Below are positions 11,386 through 21,465 of a DNA stretch of 64,000 bases, piece by piece. Position 1 is the first letter of the stretch; each line of letters begins with the position of its first letter. The notes beneath the pieces were generated by a model, which was not told where the DNA came from, searched no databases, and was given only the letters and a program-made list of their open reading frames with translations. Both the position numbers and the translations under genes were made by a program. The DNA is taken from positions 1,045,769-1,109,768 of the forward strand of contig CAWCMH010000001.1 in assembly GCA_963796635.1 (NCBI GenBank). The letters are read 5' to 3'. The stretch comes from an uncultured Gemmatimonadales bacterium (lineage in GTDB: Bacteria > Gemmatimonadota > Gemmatimonadetes > Gemmatimonadales > GWC2-71-9).

Positions 11386-12936
11386 GTGGCGTCGCTGCTC
11401 GCGGCCATCGGGTACCAGCACTGGATCATCCATGTGCTGCTCGGTCTGCCCATGCTCGCCGTCCCGGTGATCCTGTTTGCCCCGGTCCGCGCCGCCCGGT
11501 TCATTGCGTTCGGCGTGGCGCTGACCGAGATGATCCTCGGCCTGGGCCTCTGGTGGGCCTTCGATCCGACGCGATCGGGCATGCAGTTCGTGACCGACAT
11601 CACCTGGATCGGCGGATTCGGCATCGGCTACCGCGTCGGCATCGACGGGTTGTCGCTGCTGATGGTGCTGCTGTCGGTCATCATGCTGCCCCTGGTGATC
11701 TGGGGCAGCTGGCGCAGCGTGGACCAGAAGCACCGTGGTTTCTACGCGCTGATCATGGCACTCAACACGGGCATGCTCGGCGTGTTCGTGGCCACCGATC
11801 TGTTCCTGTTCTACATGTTCTGGGAACTGCTGCTGATCCCGATGTACTTCATGATCGGCATCTGGGGCAGCGGGAATCGCATCTACGCGGCCACCAAGTT
11901 CGTGATCTACACGTTCGTCGGCTCGTTCATGATGCTGGTCGCGATGATCTGGATGGTGTCGGTCATCGGCCGGCACACCGGCGTGTATTCGTTCGCGTAC
12001 GACAACCTGCTGGCCAACGCGAACCTGCTGCGGCCGTGGGCCGGCTGGCTGTTCGCCGCGTTTGCGCTCGCCTTTGCCGTCAAGGTGCCGCTCTTCCCGT
12101 TCCACACCTGGCTGCCCGACGCGCACACCGAGGCTCCCACGGCCGGCTCGGTCGACCTGGCCGTGATCCTGCTCAAGATGGGCACCTACGGTTTCCTGCG
12201 GTTCGCCATCCCGTTCTTCCCGATGTTTGCGGTGTCACGCACGACCGGGATGGTGATGGCGACGCTGGCCGTGATCGGCATCGTGTATGCGGCGCTGGTG
12301 GCGATGGTCCAGCCCGACCTGAAGCGACTGGTGGCGTATTCGTCGGTCAGTCATCTGGGCTTCGTGATGCTCGGTATCTGGGGAAGCAGCGTCGAAAGTG
12401 TCCAGGGGGCGATTCTCGTCATGGTGTCGCACGGTCTGTCGACCGGGGCGCTGTTCTTCATGATCGGCATGCTGTACGAGCGGCGGCACACGCGCAAGAT
12501 TGCCGATTACGGCGGCCTGGCGCGCATCACGCCGTTGCTGGCGACCGCGTTCGTGATCACGGCATTCTCGTCGATCGGACTGCCAGGGCTGAACGGCTTC
12601 GTCGGCGAATTCCTCGTGCTGCTCGGGTCGTTCGGTCGCTATCCGTGGCTGGTCGGGGTAGCCGCGACGGTGGTGATCTTTTCGGCAGGATATCTGCTGT
12701 GGGCGACCCAGCGGGTGTTCTTCAACCGGCTCACCAATCCGCTCAACGAAGGGCTCAAGGATCTCAACCTGCGTGAACTGGCCGTGGTGGTGCCGCTGAT
12801 TGGCGCGATGATCTGGGTGGGTCTGTATCCGGGACCGCTGCTCAAACGGACCGAATTGGCCGCGCGTCACTACGTCGAGCTGATCCAGCCGGCGCTCCCG
12901 CCACCCGCGCTTCCCGATCCGGAGGTCGGGCGCTGA
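11386..12936 (+). CDS. nuoM: NADH-quinone oxidoreductase subunit M
   Basis: GTG 11386. 516 aa, ..FYMFWELLLIPMYFMIGIWGS..FPFHTWLPDAHTEAPTAGSV. Confidence 0.9.
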   Translation: MASLLAAIGYQHWIIHVLLGLPMLAVPVILFAPVRAARFIAFGVALTEMILGLGLWWAFDPTRSGMQFVTDITWIGGFGIGYRVGIDGLSLLMVLLSVIMLPLVIWGSWRSVDQKHRGFYALIMALNTGMLGVFVATDLFLFYMFWELLLIPMYFMIGIWGSGNRIYAATKFVIYTFVGSFMMLVAMIWMVSVIGRHTGVYSFAYDNLLANANLLRPWAGWLFAAFALAFAVKVPLFPFHTWLPDAHTEAPTAGSVDLAVILLKMGTYGFLRFAIPFFPMFAVSRTTGMVMATLAVIGIVYAALVAMVQPDLKRLVAYSSVSHLGFVMLGIWGSSVESVQGAILVMVSHGLSTGALFFMIGMLYERRHTRKIADYGGLARITPLLATAFVITAFSSIGLPGLNGFVGEFLVLLGSFGRYPWLVGVAATVVIFSAGYLLWATQRVFFNRLTNPLNEGLKDLNLRELAVVVPLIGAMIWVGLYPGPLLKRTELAARHYVELIQPALPPPALPDPEVGR

Positions 12937-14435
12937 TGTCGATCGATCTCGCGTCGCCGGGCGGCGCCACGCTGGCATTGCTGCCCGAACTGGTGCTGAC
13001 GTTCTGGGCGCTGGTCGTGCTGCTGTATGTGGCCTGGCGTCACAAGGACGGCTACAACATGCGCACCGCCGGCGCGTTGTCGATCGTGGGCTACGTCCTC
13101 GCCGTGGCGGCGACCGGCTGGCTCGCGTGGCGCGGTGCCCACGCCGAGGGGTTGTCGTTCATGATCGCGCTCGACGGCTTCCGGTTCGCCAGCGACGCGC
13201 TGCTGCTCTGGATTGCCGGCGCCGTGGTCCTGCTGTCGGTGCGCTGGCTGATCCGCCAGGGCATTCTTGCGCCGGAATATTACGTGCTGCTGATGCTGGC
13301 GACGGTCGGCATGATGTTGCTGGCGGGGGCCGCCGACCTGATCACGCTCTTCCTCGGGCTCGAGGTCATGTCGATCGCGGTCTATGTCCTGACGGGGTTC
13401 GATCGCAGTCGACGCGCGTCGGCCGAGGCCGCGTTGAAGTACTTCCTGATTGGCGCGTTCGCGTCGGGGTTCCTGCTCTACGGGATCGCGCTGACGTACG
13501 GCGCCACCGGCCAGTTCAACTTCGACCTCATCGGGGCGCAGTTCGCCGCGGTGCCGCCCGGGCTCATGGCGAAGCTCGGCATGGGGATGATCCTGATCGG
13601 CTTCGGGTTCAAGATCGCGAGCGTCCCGTTTCACGCCTGGGCGCCGGACGTCTACGAAGGCGCCCCGACGCCGATTACGGCGTTCATGGCGAGCGGCGTC
13701 AAGGCTGCCGCGTTCTTTGCGCTGGCCCGCGTGCTTGGCGAAGTCTTTCCGTCGATGGTCGATCTCTGGCGGCCGGTGATCTTTGGCCTGGCGGTGGTGA
13801 CCATTCTGGTCGGCAATCTCACCGCGCTGTCGCAGACGTCGATGAAGCGGATGCTGGCGTACAGCGCGATCGCCCATGCCGGGTATCTGCTGCTCGCCAT
13901 CTGGGCCCACTCCGACGACGGCACCGCCGCGGTGCTGGTATACCTGCTTGGGTATTCCGTGACGACGGTTGCCGCGTTCGGCATCCTCGCGTCGATCGAA
14001 CGGGCGGGCGCGCGCACCGTGCTGCTCACCGATCTCGAAGGGTTGTTTTCGGTGCGGCCGTTCGCGTCGCTCGGGCTGAGTGTGTGCATGCTGTCGTTGC
14101 TCGGGTTTCCGGGCACGTTCGGCTTCATCGGCAAATGGTACCTGATCTCGGCCGCGATGCGGCAGGGACAGATCATCCTGCCGGTGGTGGCGATGGTGGG
14201 CAGTGCGATCTCGATCGGGTATTATCTCCCCGTCGTGCTCGCGATGACGCTCAAGCCGACGCGTACGCGTCGGACGCATCAGACGATCACCTTCCCGCGA
14301 CCGGCGCGTCTCGCGATCGCGATCTGCGTCTTTGCCCTCCTGGTCCTCGGGGTGTGGCCCAACACCGTGCTCAACTTCGCAACGCAGAAGGCGGTGCAGT
14401 TGCAGCAGACCGCGCTGCCCATCGGGCCCCGATGA
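12936..14435 (+). CDS. nuoN: NADH-quinone oxidoreductase subunit N
   Basis: ATG 12936. 499 aa, ..LGLEVMSIAVYVL..ALKYFLIGAFASGFLLYG..VPFHAWAPDVYEGAPTP. Confidence 0.9.
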   Translation: MSIDLASPGGATLALLPELVLTFWALVVLLYVAWRHKDGYNMRTAGALSIVGYVLAVAATGWLAWRGAHAEGLSFMIALDGFRFASDALLLWIAGAVVLLSVRWLIRQGILAPEYYVLLMLATVGMMLLAGAADLITLFLGLEVMSIAVYVLTGFDRSRRASAEAALKYFLIGAFASGFLLYGIALTYGATGQFNFDLIGAQFAAVPPGLMAKLGMGMILIGFGFKIASVPFHAWAPDVYEGAPTPITAFMASGVKAAAFFALARVLGEVFPSMVDLWRPVIFGLAVVTILVGNLTALSQTSMKRMLAYSAIAHAGYLLLAIWAHSDDGTAAVLVYLLGYSVTTVAAFGILASIERAGARTVLLTDLEGLFSVRPFASLGLSVCMLSLLGFPGTFGFIGKWYLISAAMRQGQIILPVVAMVGSAISIGYYLPVVLAMTLKPTRTRRTHQTITFPRPARLAIAICVFALLVLGVWPNTVLNFATQKAVQLQQTALPIGPR

Positions 14436-14445
14436 CCGGCGGCCA

Positions 14446-15834
14446 GTGACCGTGCCCAGTCGGCCGAAGGTCCCCCGATCGGTCTTTCGCGAATACGACG
14501 TTCGCGGCCTGATCGGTGGCGAACTCACCAACGCGTTCGCGGCCGATCTGGGCTGCGCGTTCGGGACCGCTGCGGTCGCGCGACTGGGACAGATGCCTCG
14601 AATTGCCGTCGGACGTGACAACCGGCCGTCGAGCGCGGGGTTTGCGGCCGCGCTGCGCAACGGCATCGCGTCGACCGGTGCCGCGGTGATCGATGTGGGC
14701 GAAGTGCCGACGCCGGCGTTGTACTTCGCCGTGCGAGACCGCGGCTTCGAAGGCGGTGTGCAGGTCACCGGCTCGCACAACCCGGCGGAGTTCAACGGGT
14801 TCAAGTTCGTGCTCGCCGGCGAATCCCTGCACGGGTCCGCGATCGCGGCGCTGGCCGATCTGATGGAGTCCCAGCGCTTCCGGTCGGCCACCGGCGTCGT
14901 GCAGCGCGACGACACCGTGCTGGCGCGCTATCGGGCCGCGATCCTTGCGCGGCATCGGCTCGACCGCCCGGTCAAGGTCGTCGTCGATTGCGGCAACGGC
15001 GTCATGTCGCTGGTGGCGATCGACACCTTGCGCGAACTTGGTGCCGACGTGATTCCGCTTTTTGCCGACAGCGATGGGACGTTTCCCAATCATCATCCCG
15101 ATCCGACCGTCGAAGAGAATCTGCGCGACCTCCAGCGGGTCGTCCGCCAGACGGGTGCGGAACTGGGCATCGCGTTCGACGGCGATGGTGACCGGATCGG
15201 GGCGGTGGACGAATCCGGTCGCCTCGTCTGGGGAGATCAGTTGATGGTGCTGTATGGTCGCGACGCCGTGCGACGCTTCGGGCGTGATGTGCCCGTCATC
15301 TTCGACGTCAAGTGTTCCGACATCCTGCCGCGCGCGCTGGCGGCCGCGGGCGCACGGCCGATCATGTGGAAGACCGGTCATTCGTTGATCGAGCTCAAGA
15401 TGAAGGAGGAGCGCGCGCCGCTTGCGGGCGAAATGAGCGGGCACATCTTCTTCGGCGGTGACTGGTTCGGCTTCGATGATGCGCTCTTCGCAGCTGCCCG
15501 GCTGTTGCAGATCGTCGCCGCCACGCCCGGCGGCCTGGCGCCGCTGCTGGCCGACCTGCCCGAGACATTCACCACGCCCGAGCTGCGCGTCGACTGCCCC
15601 GACGATCGCAAGTTCGCCGTCATCGCCGACGCGGTGACCGACTTCGGTGCCCGGTATCCCGTCACCACGATTGATGGTGTGCGCATTACCTACTCCGACG
15701 GGTGGGGCCTGCTGCGCGCGTCGAACACGCAGCCGGTGCTGGTGCTGCGCTTCGAGGCGAACTCAGCCGCCGCGCGCGACGCGCATCGCGCCGAGGTCAT
15801 GGCGTGGCTGGCGGCGCGAGGCATCCGCGGCTGA
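14446..15834 (+). CDS. Phosphomannomutase/phosphoglucomutase (alpha-D-phosphohexomutase family)
   Basis: GTG 14446; the ORF opens at 14332, but that part overlaps nuoN. Active-site TGSHNPAEFNGFKF, metal loop FDGDGDRIGAVD, and ..GEMSGHIFF. Confidence 0.85.
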   Translation: MTVPSRPKVPRSVFREYDVRGLIGGELTNAFAADLGCAFGTAAVARLGQMPRIAVGRDNRPSSAGFAAALRNGIASTGAAVIDVGEVPTPALYFAVRDRGFEGGVQVTGSHNPAEFNGFKFVLAGESLHGSAIAALADLMESQRFRSATGVVQRDDTVLARYRAAILARHRLDRPVKVVVDCGNGVMSLVAIDTLRELGADVIPLFADSDGTFPNHHPDPTVEENLRDLQRVVRQTGAELGIAFDGDGDRIGAVDESGRLVWGDQLMVLYGRDAVRRFGRDVPVIFDVKCSDILPRALAAAGARPIMWKTGHSLIELKMKEERAPLAGEMSGHIFFGGDWFGFDDALFAAARLLQIVAATPGGLAPLLADLPETFTTPELRVDCPDDRKFAVIADAVTDFGARYPVTTIDGVRITYSDGWGLLRASNTQPVLVLRFEANSAAARDAHRAEVMAWLAARGIRG

Positions 15835-15838
15835 ACCG

Positions 15839-18250
15839 ATGACACCGCGATCGCGTCGGTGGCTCCTGGCCTTGGGCGTGATCGTCGTGGTGCTGTTCGT
15901 CGGGCGATGGACGGCGGGCTTCCTGGCAGAACGCTGGTGGGCGGCCACGATTTCTCCCGCCGCCAGCCGGTTCGTCAGCAACTGGCAACTGCTCGGCCTG
16001 CTGCTCGATGCCGTTGCGGTGCTCACGGCGTCGGTGTGGTTCGCGCTCCAGGCGCTCCTCGTGACCCGCTCGGTGGTGTCGGTGCAAGTGGCCCATCGAG
16101 TCGGCGACCTGCAACTGCGCGAGCTCGTGCCGACCAGACTGCTGGTCGGCATTGCCGTCGCGGCGGGTGTGTTGCTCGGGCTGATCGCCGGAACCGGCGC
16201 GCATGCTTGGCGCGAACCGATCGTGCTGGCGTGGCAAGGCGTTCGATACGGGGTCACCGATCCGCTGCTCGGCCGGGACCTCGGCGTGTACGTGGCCCAG
16301 TTGCCCGCGTGGGACCTGGCACACCGATTCGCGGCACTGCTCGCCGTGCTCGCGCTGGCGCTCTGCACCACGCTGTACACGGCGATTGGTGGCGTCCGCC
16401 GCGAACGACTGTCGGTCGCGTTGCACCCCGACGCGCAACGGCATCTCGGATCGCTGCTGTCGGTGGTCGCGTTGGTGATCGCCGCCGGCTACCTGCTTGC
16501 ACCGCTGCACATCGTGCTGCACGCCTCCGGCGCCGCGTCGCCAGCGGACGTCCAGTTGCGCATTCATCTCGCGCAATTCATGAGTGGAATCGCGTTCGCG
16601 ACCGCATTGCTCACGGCATGGTGGGCCTTTCGCGGCCACGATCTGCTGCTGGTCAGCACCTGGGCGGTGCTAGGCCTGGGCGCACTGGCCGAGGCAGTGA
16701 TAGTCCCGGCGACAGCGGGAGCGGCCGACACACCGCCGGCACGCATCGCGGCAGCGCGGCGTGTCGACGCCATCGCGTGGGGCATGCATTTCGCGCCCGA
16801 ACCGGCTGCCGCCGATACCGTGCCCGGCGTGACCGCGCTGTGGGACGGCGCGCTCTTCAGCCGGATCATCGGGTCGCGCGATGGGTTGCTGGAGGCAGCG
16901 ACACCCACCCGATTGCCGGTGGATGGTCGCGCCGTGCCGGTGTGGCTGGTGGCAGCACCGCCGGGTGACGATCCCGACCGACTCGACGTGCTGGCGATCC
17001 CGGATGGACTCTCTGCGCCAGACGGCGTGATCGCATCCTTGCGGCCTCCCGATTCGTCACGGTCGGCGCCGAACGCGTTCAGCAGCGTGACGCATCCGCG
17101 CAGCCGGCCGACGGCACCCTCGTGGATCAGTGCACCCGATGGCGTTGCTGCCGGCGGACCAATCCGGCGCTTGCTCCTCGCCTGGGCCCGACAGGCGCCG
17201 GGCATGTTGCAACGAGCCGCCGGCCCGGACGTTGACTGGCACCTCGATCCGGCGGAACGCGCCGACGCCGTGCTGCCGATGTTGTGGTGGACGGCGCCGG
17301 ACATTGCGCTCATCGACGCGCGTCCCACGTGGATCATCCAGGGCATGTCGGTCACGCCCGATTTCCCGTTGGCTACGCACGTCGTGTGGCAGGGCAACGA
17401 CGTTGCAGGCGTCGTGCCGGCCGTGATCGCGACGGTCGATGCGGCTACCGGCGCGGTCCGGTTCTTCGTCGACCCGGCGGCCGATTCGCTGGGCGTCGCG
17501 TGGGCCGGTGTCGCCGCGGCCGTGGTCGAACCGTCGCGGGACATGCCGGCGGCGGTTCGCGCGGCGCTGCTGTACGATGCCAGCTGGTTCGACGCGCAGA
17601 CTGCGGTGTTCAGCGGTCCGGCGTGGGCCGCGCCTGGTCGCGGTGCACAAGCCGCCGTGCCGCCGCTGAGTGCTCCGGTATGGACCGCCGATCAGCGGGC
17701 CGCCCGTCAGGCCGTGTTCGAGGATGCGACCGGCGGGGGCCTCGAGATCGTCACCGGCGATCGCGTGCACGGGATGCCGCAGCTTCGGCGTGATACCACC
17801 GCGCCGGGTGACGTCGTGAGCAGCGACCGCGTGCCATTGATGCAGTCGTGGTTGCACTCGCCGGTGCTCACCCATTTGCGCGATTCGGCCATCGCGGCCG
17901 GCGACACCGTGCTGACGGGTCCGATTCGATGGTTCAGCGGCAGCGCCGGACTGGCCGCGTGGCGCCCATGGTTTGCTCGCGCACCGCATGGCGGCACCGC
18001 TCTGATCTGGACCGCCACCGCACTCGATAACCGTCTCGGAGGTGCCCGCGAACCAGCCGATGCGTGGCACACGGTGACCACCGCCGCACCGGTCGCGGCC
18101 CCCGTGGCGCCCGCCGACGCCGCGGTCGTCGCGACAGCCCGCGCGTGGATGGAACGCGCCGATTCTGCGCTGCATCGCGGCGACATGACTGCATTTGGTC
18201 GTGCGTTCGAGGAATTGCGCCGCACGCTGGAGGGTACCCATGCGCCATGA
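15839..18250 (+). CDS. Large polytopic membrane protein, UPF0182-like
   Basis: ATG 15839. 803 aa. The N-terminal ~330 aa carries multiple TM helices and GVTDPLLGRDLGVYVAQLPAW (resembles the DP.F..D..FY.F.LP block of UPF0182). A large soluble C-terminal part follows. The family call is from memory only. Confidence 0.5.
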   Translation: MTPRSRRWLLALGVIVVVLFVGRWTAGFLAERWWAATISPAASRFVSNWQLLGLLLDAVAVLTASVWFALQALLVTRSVVSVQVAHRVGDLQLRELVPTRLLVGIAVAAGVLLGLIAGTGAHAWREPIVLAWQGVRYGVTDPLLGRDLGVYVAQLPAWDLAHRFAALLAVLALALCTTLYTAIGGVRRERLSVALHPDAQRHLGSLLSVVALVIAAGYLLAPLHIVLHASGAASPADVQLRIHLAQFMSGIAFATALLTAWWAFRGHDLLLVSTWAVLGLGALAEAVIVPATAGAADTPPARIAAARRVDAIAWGMHFAPEPAAADTVPGVTALWDGALFSRIIGSRDGLLEAATPTRLPVDGRAVPVWLVAAPPGDDPDRLDVLAIPDGLSAPDGVIASLRPPDSSRSAPNAFSSVTHPRSRPTAPSWISAPDGVAAGGPIRRLLLAWARQAPGMLQRAAGPDVDWHLDPAERADAVLPMLWWTAPDIALIDARPTWIIQGMSVTPDFPLATHVVWQGNDVAGVVPAVIATVDAATGAVRFFVDPAADSLGVAWAGVAAAVVEPSRDMPAAVRAALLYDASWFDAQTAVFSGPAWAAPGRGAQAAVPPLSAPVWTADQRAARQAVFEDATGGGLEIVTGDRVHGMPQLRRDTTAPGDVVSSDRVPLMQSWLHSPVLTHLRDSAIAAGDTVLTGPIRWFSGSAGLAAWRPWFARAPHGGTALIWTATALDNRLGGAREPADAWHTVTTAAPVAAPVAPADAAVVATARAWMERADSALHRGDMTAFGRAFEELRRTLEGTHAP

Positions 18251-18293
18251 TGTCACTACTTTGCCAACCGACTGACAACGGATGAGGTGAGCT

Positions 18294-19433
18294 GTGAATC
18301 TGCATGAGTACCAGGCCCGCGAGCTGCTGCAGGCCGCCGGCGTGCCGGTGTCGCCGGGCGATGTTGCATCGAGCGCCGCCGAGGTCGAGGCCATCGCCGC
18401 GCGGATCGGTGGGACCGTGGTGGTCAAGGCGCAGGTGCATGCCGGTGGGCGAGGCAAGGCGGGCGGGGTCAAGCTGGCGAAAACCCCGGCTGAAGCGAAG
18501 GCAGCCGCCACAGCGATACTGGGGATGACCATCAAGGGGCTGGTCGTGAGCAAGGTGCTCGTGGTCCCGGCCGCCGACATCGCCAGCGAGAGCTACGTCG
18601 GCCTGATCCTCGATCGCGCCACGCAGCTGCCGGTCTACATGGTATCGGCGGCGGGCGGCGTCGACATCGAGGAAGTGGCCGCCACAACGCCGGAGAAAAT
18701 CACCCGGCTGCCGATCGATCCGCGCTACGGCCTGATGACGCATCAGGCGTTGACGCTGGCGCTCGCCCTCTACACCGACTGGAAGCAGGTGCGGGCGGCC
18801 ATGAAGATCATGGCGCAGCTCTACCGCGCGTTCATGGACAACGGCTGCTCGCTCGCCGAGATCAATCCGCTCGTGACGACGCCCGCGGGCGACGTCATCG
18901 CGCTCGACGCCAAGATGGTCATTGACGACAACGAACTGGATCGCCGCCCCGACCTCGCTGCCATGCGCGACGACACGGCCGAGGCGCCCAGCGAAGTGGC
19001 GGCGCGCAAGGCCAACCTGACGTTCATCAAACTCGACGGCAACGTGGGCTGCGTCGTCAACGGGGCGGGACTCGCCATGGCGACGATGGACCTGGTCAAG
19101 TACTACGGGGGCGAGCCGGCCAACTTCCTCGACATCGGCGGCTCATCCAACCCCGAGAAGGTGGTCAATGCGTTGCGCATCATCACGGCGGATCCGCAGG
19201 TCAAGGTGATCCTGTTCAATATCTTCGGCGGCATCACCCGCACCGATGACGTCGCCAACGGCATCGTCACCGCCACGCGACAGCTCAAGGTCAACGTGCC
19301 GATCGTGATCCGGCTTACCGGGACCAACGAAGTCGAGGCCTTGCGCATCCTCGACGGCGCCGGCATGCCGGCGATGAACGACATGGATGCGGCCGTCTCG
19401 CGCGCCGTTGCGCTGGCAAAGGAGGCCGCGTGA
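18294..19433 (+). CDS. sucC: Succinyl-CoA synthetase beta subunit
   Basis: GTG 18294. [57 protein letters not shown]. Confidence 0.95.
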   Translation: MNLHEYQARELLQAAGVPVSPGDVASSAAEVEAIAARIGGTVVVKAQVHAGGRGKAGGVKLAKTPAEAKAAATAILGMTIKGLVVSKVLVVPAADIASESYVGLILDRATQLPVYMVSAAGGVDIEEVAATTPEKITRLPIDPRYGLMTHQALTLALALYTDWKQVRAAMKIMAQLYRAFMDNGCSLAEINPLVTTPAGDVIALDAKMVIDDNELDRRPDLAAMRDDTAEAPSEVAARKANLTFIKLDGNVGCVVNGAGLAMATMDLVKYYGGEPANFLDIGGSSNPEKVVNALRIITADPQVKVILFNIFGGITRTDDVANGIVTATRQLKVNVPIVIRLTGTNEVEALRILDGAGMPAMNDMDAAVSRAVALAKEAA

Positions 19434-20302
19434 GCATCTGGATCAATCGCGACACCCGCTTGCTGGTGCAGGGCATCACCGGTCGCGACGGTTCGTTCCA
19501 CACGCGCCAGATGATGGAGTACGGCACCAACGTTGTGGCGGGAGTTACACCGGGCAAGGGTGGACAGACCTTCAATGACACCGTGCCGGTGTTCAACACG
19601 GTGGCCGAGGCGGTCGCCGCGACCGGTGCCAATTGCAGCGTGATCTATGTGCCACCGGCTGGCGCGGCCGGAGCGATCGAGGAGGCGGGTGACGCGGGGA
19701 TTCCGCTGGTGGTCTGCATCACCGAGGGTGTCCCGGTGCTCGACATGACCGTGGTAATGCCGTTCCTGCGCGATCGCGGCGTGCGATTGATCGGCCCGAA
19801 CTGCCCCGGCCTCATTTCGCCGGGCGAAGCCAAGGTGGGCATCATTCCCGGATCGATCTGCCGGCCGGGGCCGATCGGCCTGGTATCGCGTTCGGGTACG
19901 TTGACCTACGAGGTGGTCCATCATCTCAGTCACCATGGGCTGGGGCAAACCACCTGTGTCGGCATTGGCGGGGATCCGATTGTCGGCACCAATTTCATCG
20001 ATGTGCTGATGGCGTTCAACGGCGATCCGCGCACCGAAGCGATCGTGATGATCGGCGAGATCGGCGGAACCGCCGAACAGGAAGCTGCCGAATACATCAA
20101 GCAGTTCGTTACCAAGCCGGTGGTGGGATTCGTCGCCGGCCAGACCGCACCCAAGGGCCGGCGGATGGGCCACGCGGGCGCGATCATTTCCGGGTCGACC
20201 GGCACCGCCGAGGAGAAGTTCGCGGCCTTCGAGGCTGCCGGCATGGGTATCATGCGTCGACCGGCCGACGTGGTCGAACTGCTCAAGCAGCGACTGGGCT
20301 GA
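19430..20302 (+). CDS. sucD: Succinyl-CoA synthetase alpha subunit
   Basis: GTG 19430 (GTGA overlap). ..[48 protein letters not shown]. Confidence 0.95.
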   Translation: MSIWINRDTRLLVQGITGRDGSFHTRQMMEYGTNVVAGVTPGKGGQTFNDTVPVFNTVAEAVAATGANCSVIYVPPAGAAGAIEEAGDAGIPLVVCITEGVPVLDMTVVMPFLRDRGVRLIGPNCPGLISPGEAKVGIIPGSICRPGPIGLVSRSGTLTYEVVHHLSHHGLGQTTCVGIGGDPIVGTNFIDVLMAFNGDPRTEAIVMIGEIGGTAEQEAAEYIKQFVTKPVVGFVAGQTAPKGRRMGHAGAIISGSTGTAEEKFAAFEAAGMGIMRRPADVVELLKQRLG

Positions 20303-20326
20303 CCGCCCTCAATTCACGGAGCATTC

Positions 20327-20770
20327 ATGGCGGGACGATTCACGTTCGCGATGATCAAGCCTGACGCCGTCGAGGGCGGCAAGGCGGGTCGGATTCTGGC
20401 GCACATCGAAGGGGCAGGGTACCAGATCCGTGCGATGCGCCTGGTGCGGCTCACCCGGGGTGAGGCCGAAGCGTTCTACGCGGTGCACCGCGGGCGGCCG
20501 TTCTACGACGAGCTGGTCGGATTCATGAGTTCGGGGCCCACCGTCGCGCTGGCCTTGGAGCGGGCCGATGCGGTCGCCGCATGGCGGTCGACCATCGGGG
20601 CCACCGACCCGGCCGAGGCCGCCGAAGGCACCGTCCGGCGGCTGTTTGCCGAATCCAAGGGCCGCAACGCGGTGCACGGCTCCGACAGCGACGAGAACGC
20701 CATCCGCGAGATCGCTTTCTTCTTTCCCGAGCGTGAGTTAGCCCTGCTGGGCGTCACCACGACGGGTTGA
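20327..20770 (+). CDS. ndk: Nucleoside-diphosphate kinase
   Basis: ATG 20327. ..FAMIKPDAV..RPFYDELVGFMSSGP..NAVHGSDS. Confidence 0.95.
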   Translation: MAGRFTFAMIKPDAVEGGKAGRILAHIEGAGYQIRAMRLVRLTRGEAEAFYAVHRGRPFYDELVGFMSSGPTVALALERADAVAAWRSTIGATDPAEAAEGTVRRLFAESKGRNAVHGSDSDENAIREIAFFFPERELALLGVTTTG

Positions 20771-20804
20771 CCGGAAGGCGCAGAATCGGGTAACTTCGAG
20801 GGCT

Positions 20805-21272
20805 ATGCTACGGTGGTTCCTGCGTGACCTGGAGCGCGGCCCGGTAAGCACCACCGGCCGGGTGGAAGGCCACGATCCGGTATGGGACGACGCGGACGTG
20901 CGGTTTTTGGCGCCGGTCTCGGTCGAGGGCGAGTTGCGGTCGACGACCGACGGGGCATATCGGTGGCGCGGCCACCTGCACGGCCGCATTGCGGGGGATT
21001 GCCGGCGGTGCCTCGCGCCGGTGTCGCTTGATATTGATGACGATGTCGACGTGGTTTTTTCCGGCGATCCGGAGCTGGAAGCGGATCCGGGTGTCTACCC
21101 GATCGACCCGGGCGCCGAGCTCATCGACGTGACGCCGGTGGTCCGTGAAGAGCTGTTGTTGCGGGTATCGGCGTTCCCGCTCTGTCGTCCCGAATGCAGG
21201 GGCTTGTGCGCCGGCTGCGGCGCTGATCTCAACGCTGGTCCGTGCGAGTGTACGGCCGGCTCGAACCACTGA
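20805..21272 (+). CDS. yceD: YceD/DUF177 family protein
   Basis: ATG 20805. 155 aa with a Cys cluster CRPECRGLCAGCGADLNAGPCEC near the C-terminus. Lies directly upstream of rpmF, as in many bacteria. Confidence 0.75.
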   Translation: MLRWFLRDLERGPVSTTGRVEGHDPVWDDADVRFLAPVSVEGELRSTTDGAYRWRGHLHGRIAGDCRRCLAPVSLDIDDDVDVVFSGDPELEADPGVYPIDPGAELIDVTPVVREELLLRVSAFPLCRPECRGLCAGCGADLNAGPCECTAGSNH

Positions 21273-21279
21273 GGCACCG

Positions 21280-21462
21280 ATGGCTGTCCCCAAGCGAAAA
21301 CTCTCCAAGTCGCGCAAGCGACTCCGCCGCGGCCATCATACCGCTCAGGGTATTCCGACGCAGGCGTGCCCGCGCTGCAGCGCGCCGCGGCTGCCGCATC
21401 GGGTGTGCCCGTCGTGCGGGTATTACGCGGGCAAGAAGCGCCTCGAGGTCGAGGACCACTAG
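21280..21462 (+). CDS. rpmF: 50S ribosomal protein L32
   Basis: ATG 21280. MAVPKRKLSKSRKRLRR..CPRCSAPRLPHRVCPSCGYY. Confidence 0.95.
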   Translation: MAVPKRKLSKSRKRLRRGHHTAQGIPTQACPRCSAPRLPHRVCPSCGYYAGKKRLEVEDH

Positions 21463-21465
21463 GCC

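Noticed and set aside
9025-12126. 1033-aa ORF on the minus strand across nuoL/nuoM
   Set aside because: It is antisense to two genes with unmistakable NuoL/NuoM motifs. Its translation is monotonous His/Arg/Asp/Gln/Gly-rich with no recognisable domain. This is a typical shadow ORF of a GC-rich genome.
14332-14445. N-terminal extension of the phosphomannomutase ORF (and similarly 15647-15838 for the UPF0182-like gene, 26690-26842 for the lipoprotein, 34106-34300 for the polytopic protein, 37623-37700 for PAAR)
   Set aside because: The extensions overlap the preceding gene or are Arg/Pro-rich. Internal starts give sensible N-termini: a signal peptide, a lipobox, the PAAR core, or a conserved N-terminus.
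12870-14915. 681-aa minus-strand ORF opposite nuoN and the phosphomannomutase gene
   Set aside because: Antisense shadow ORF. The sense strand has NuoN and phosphohexomutase active-site motifs.
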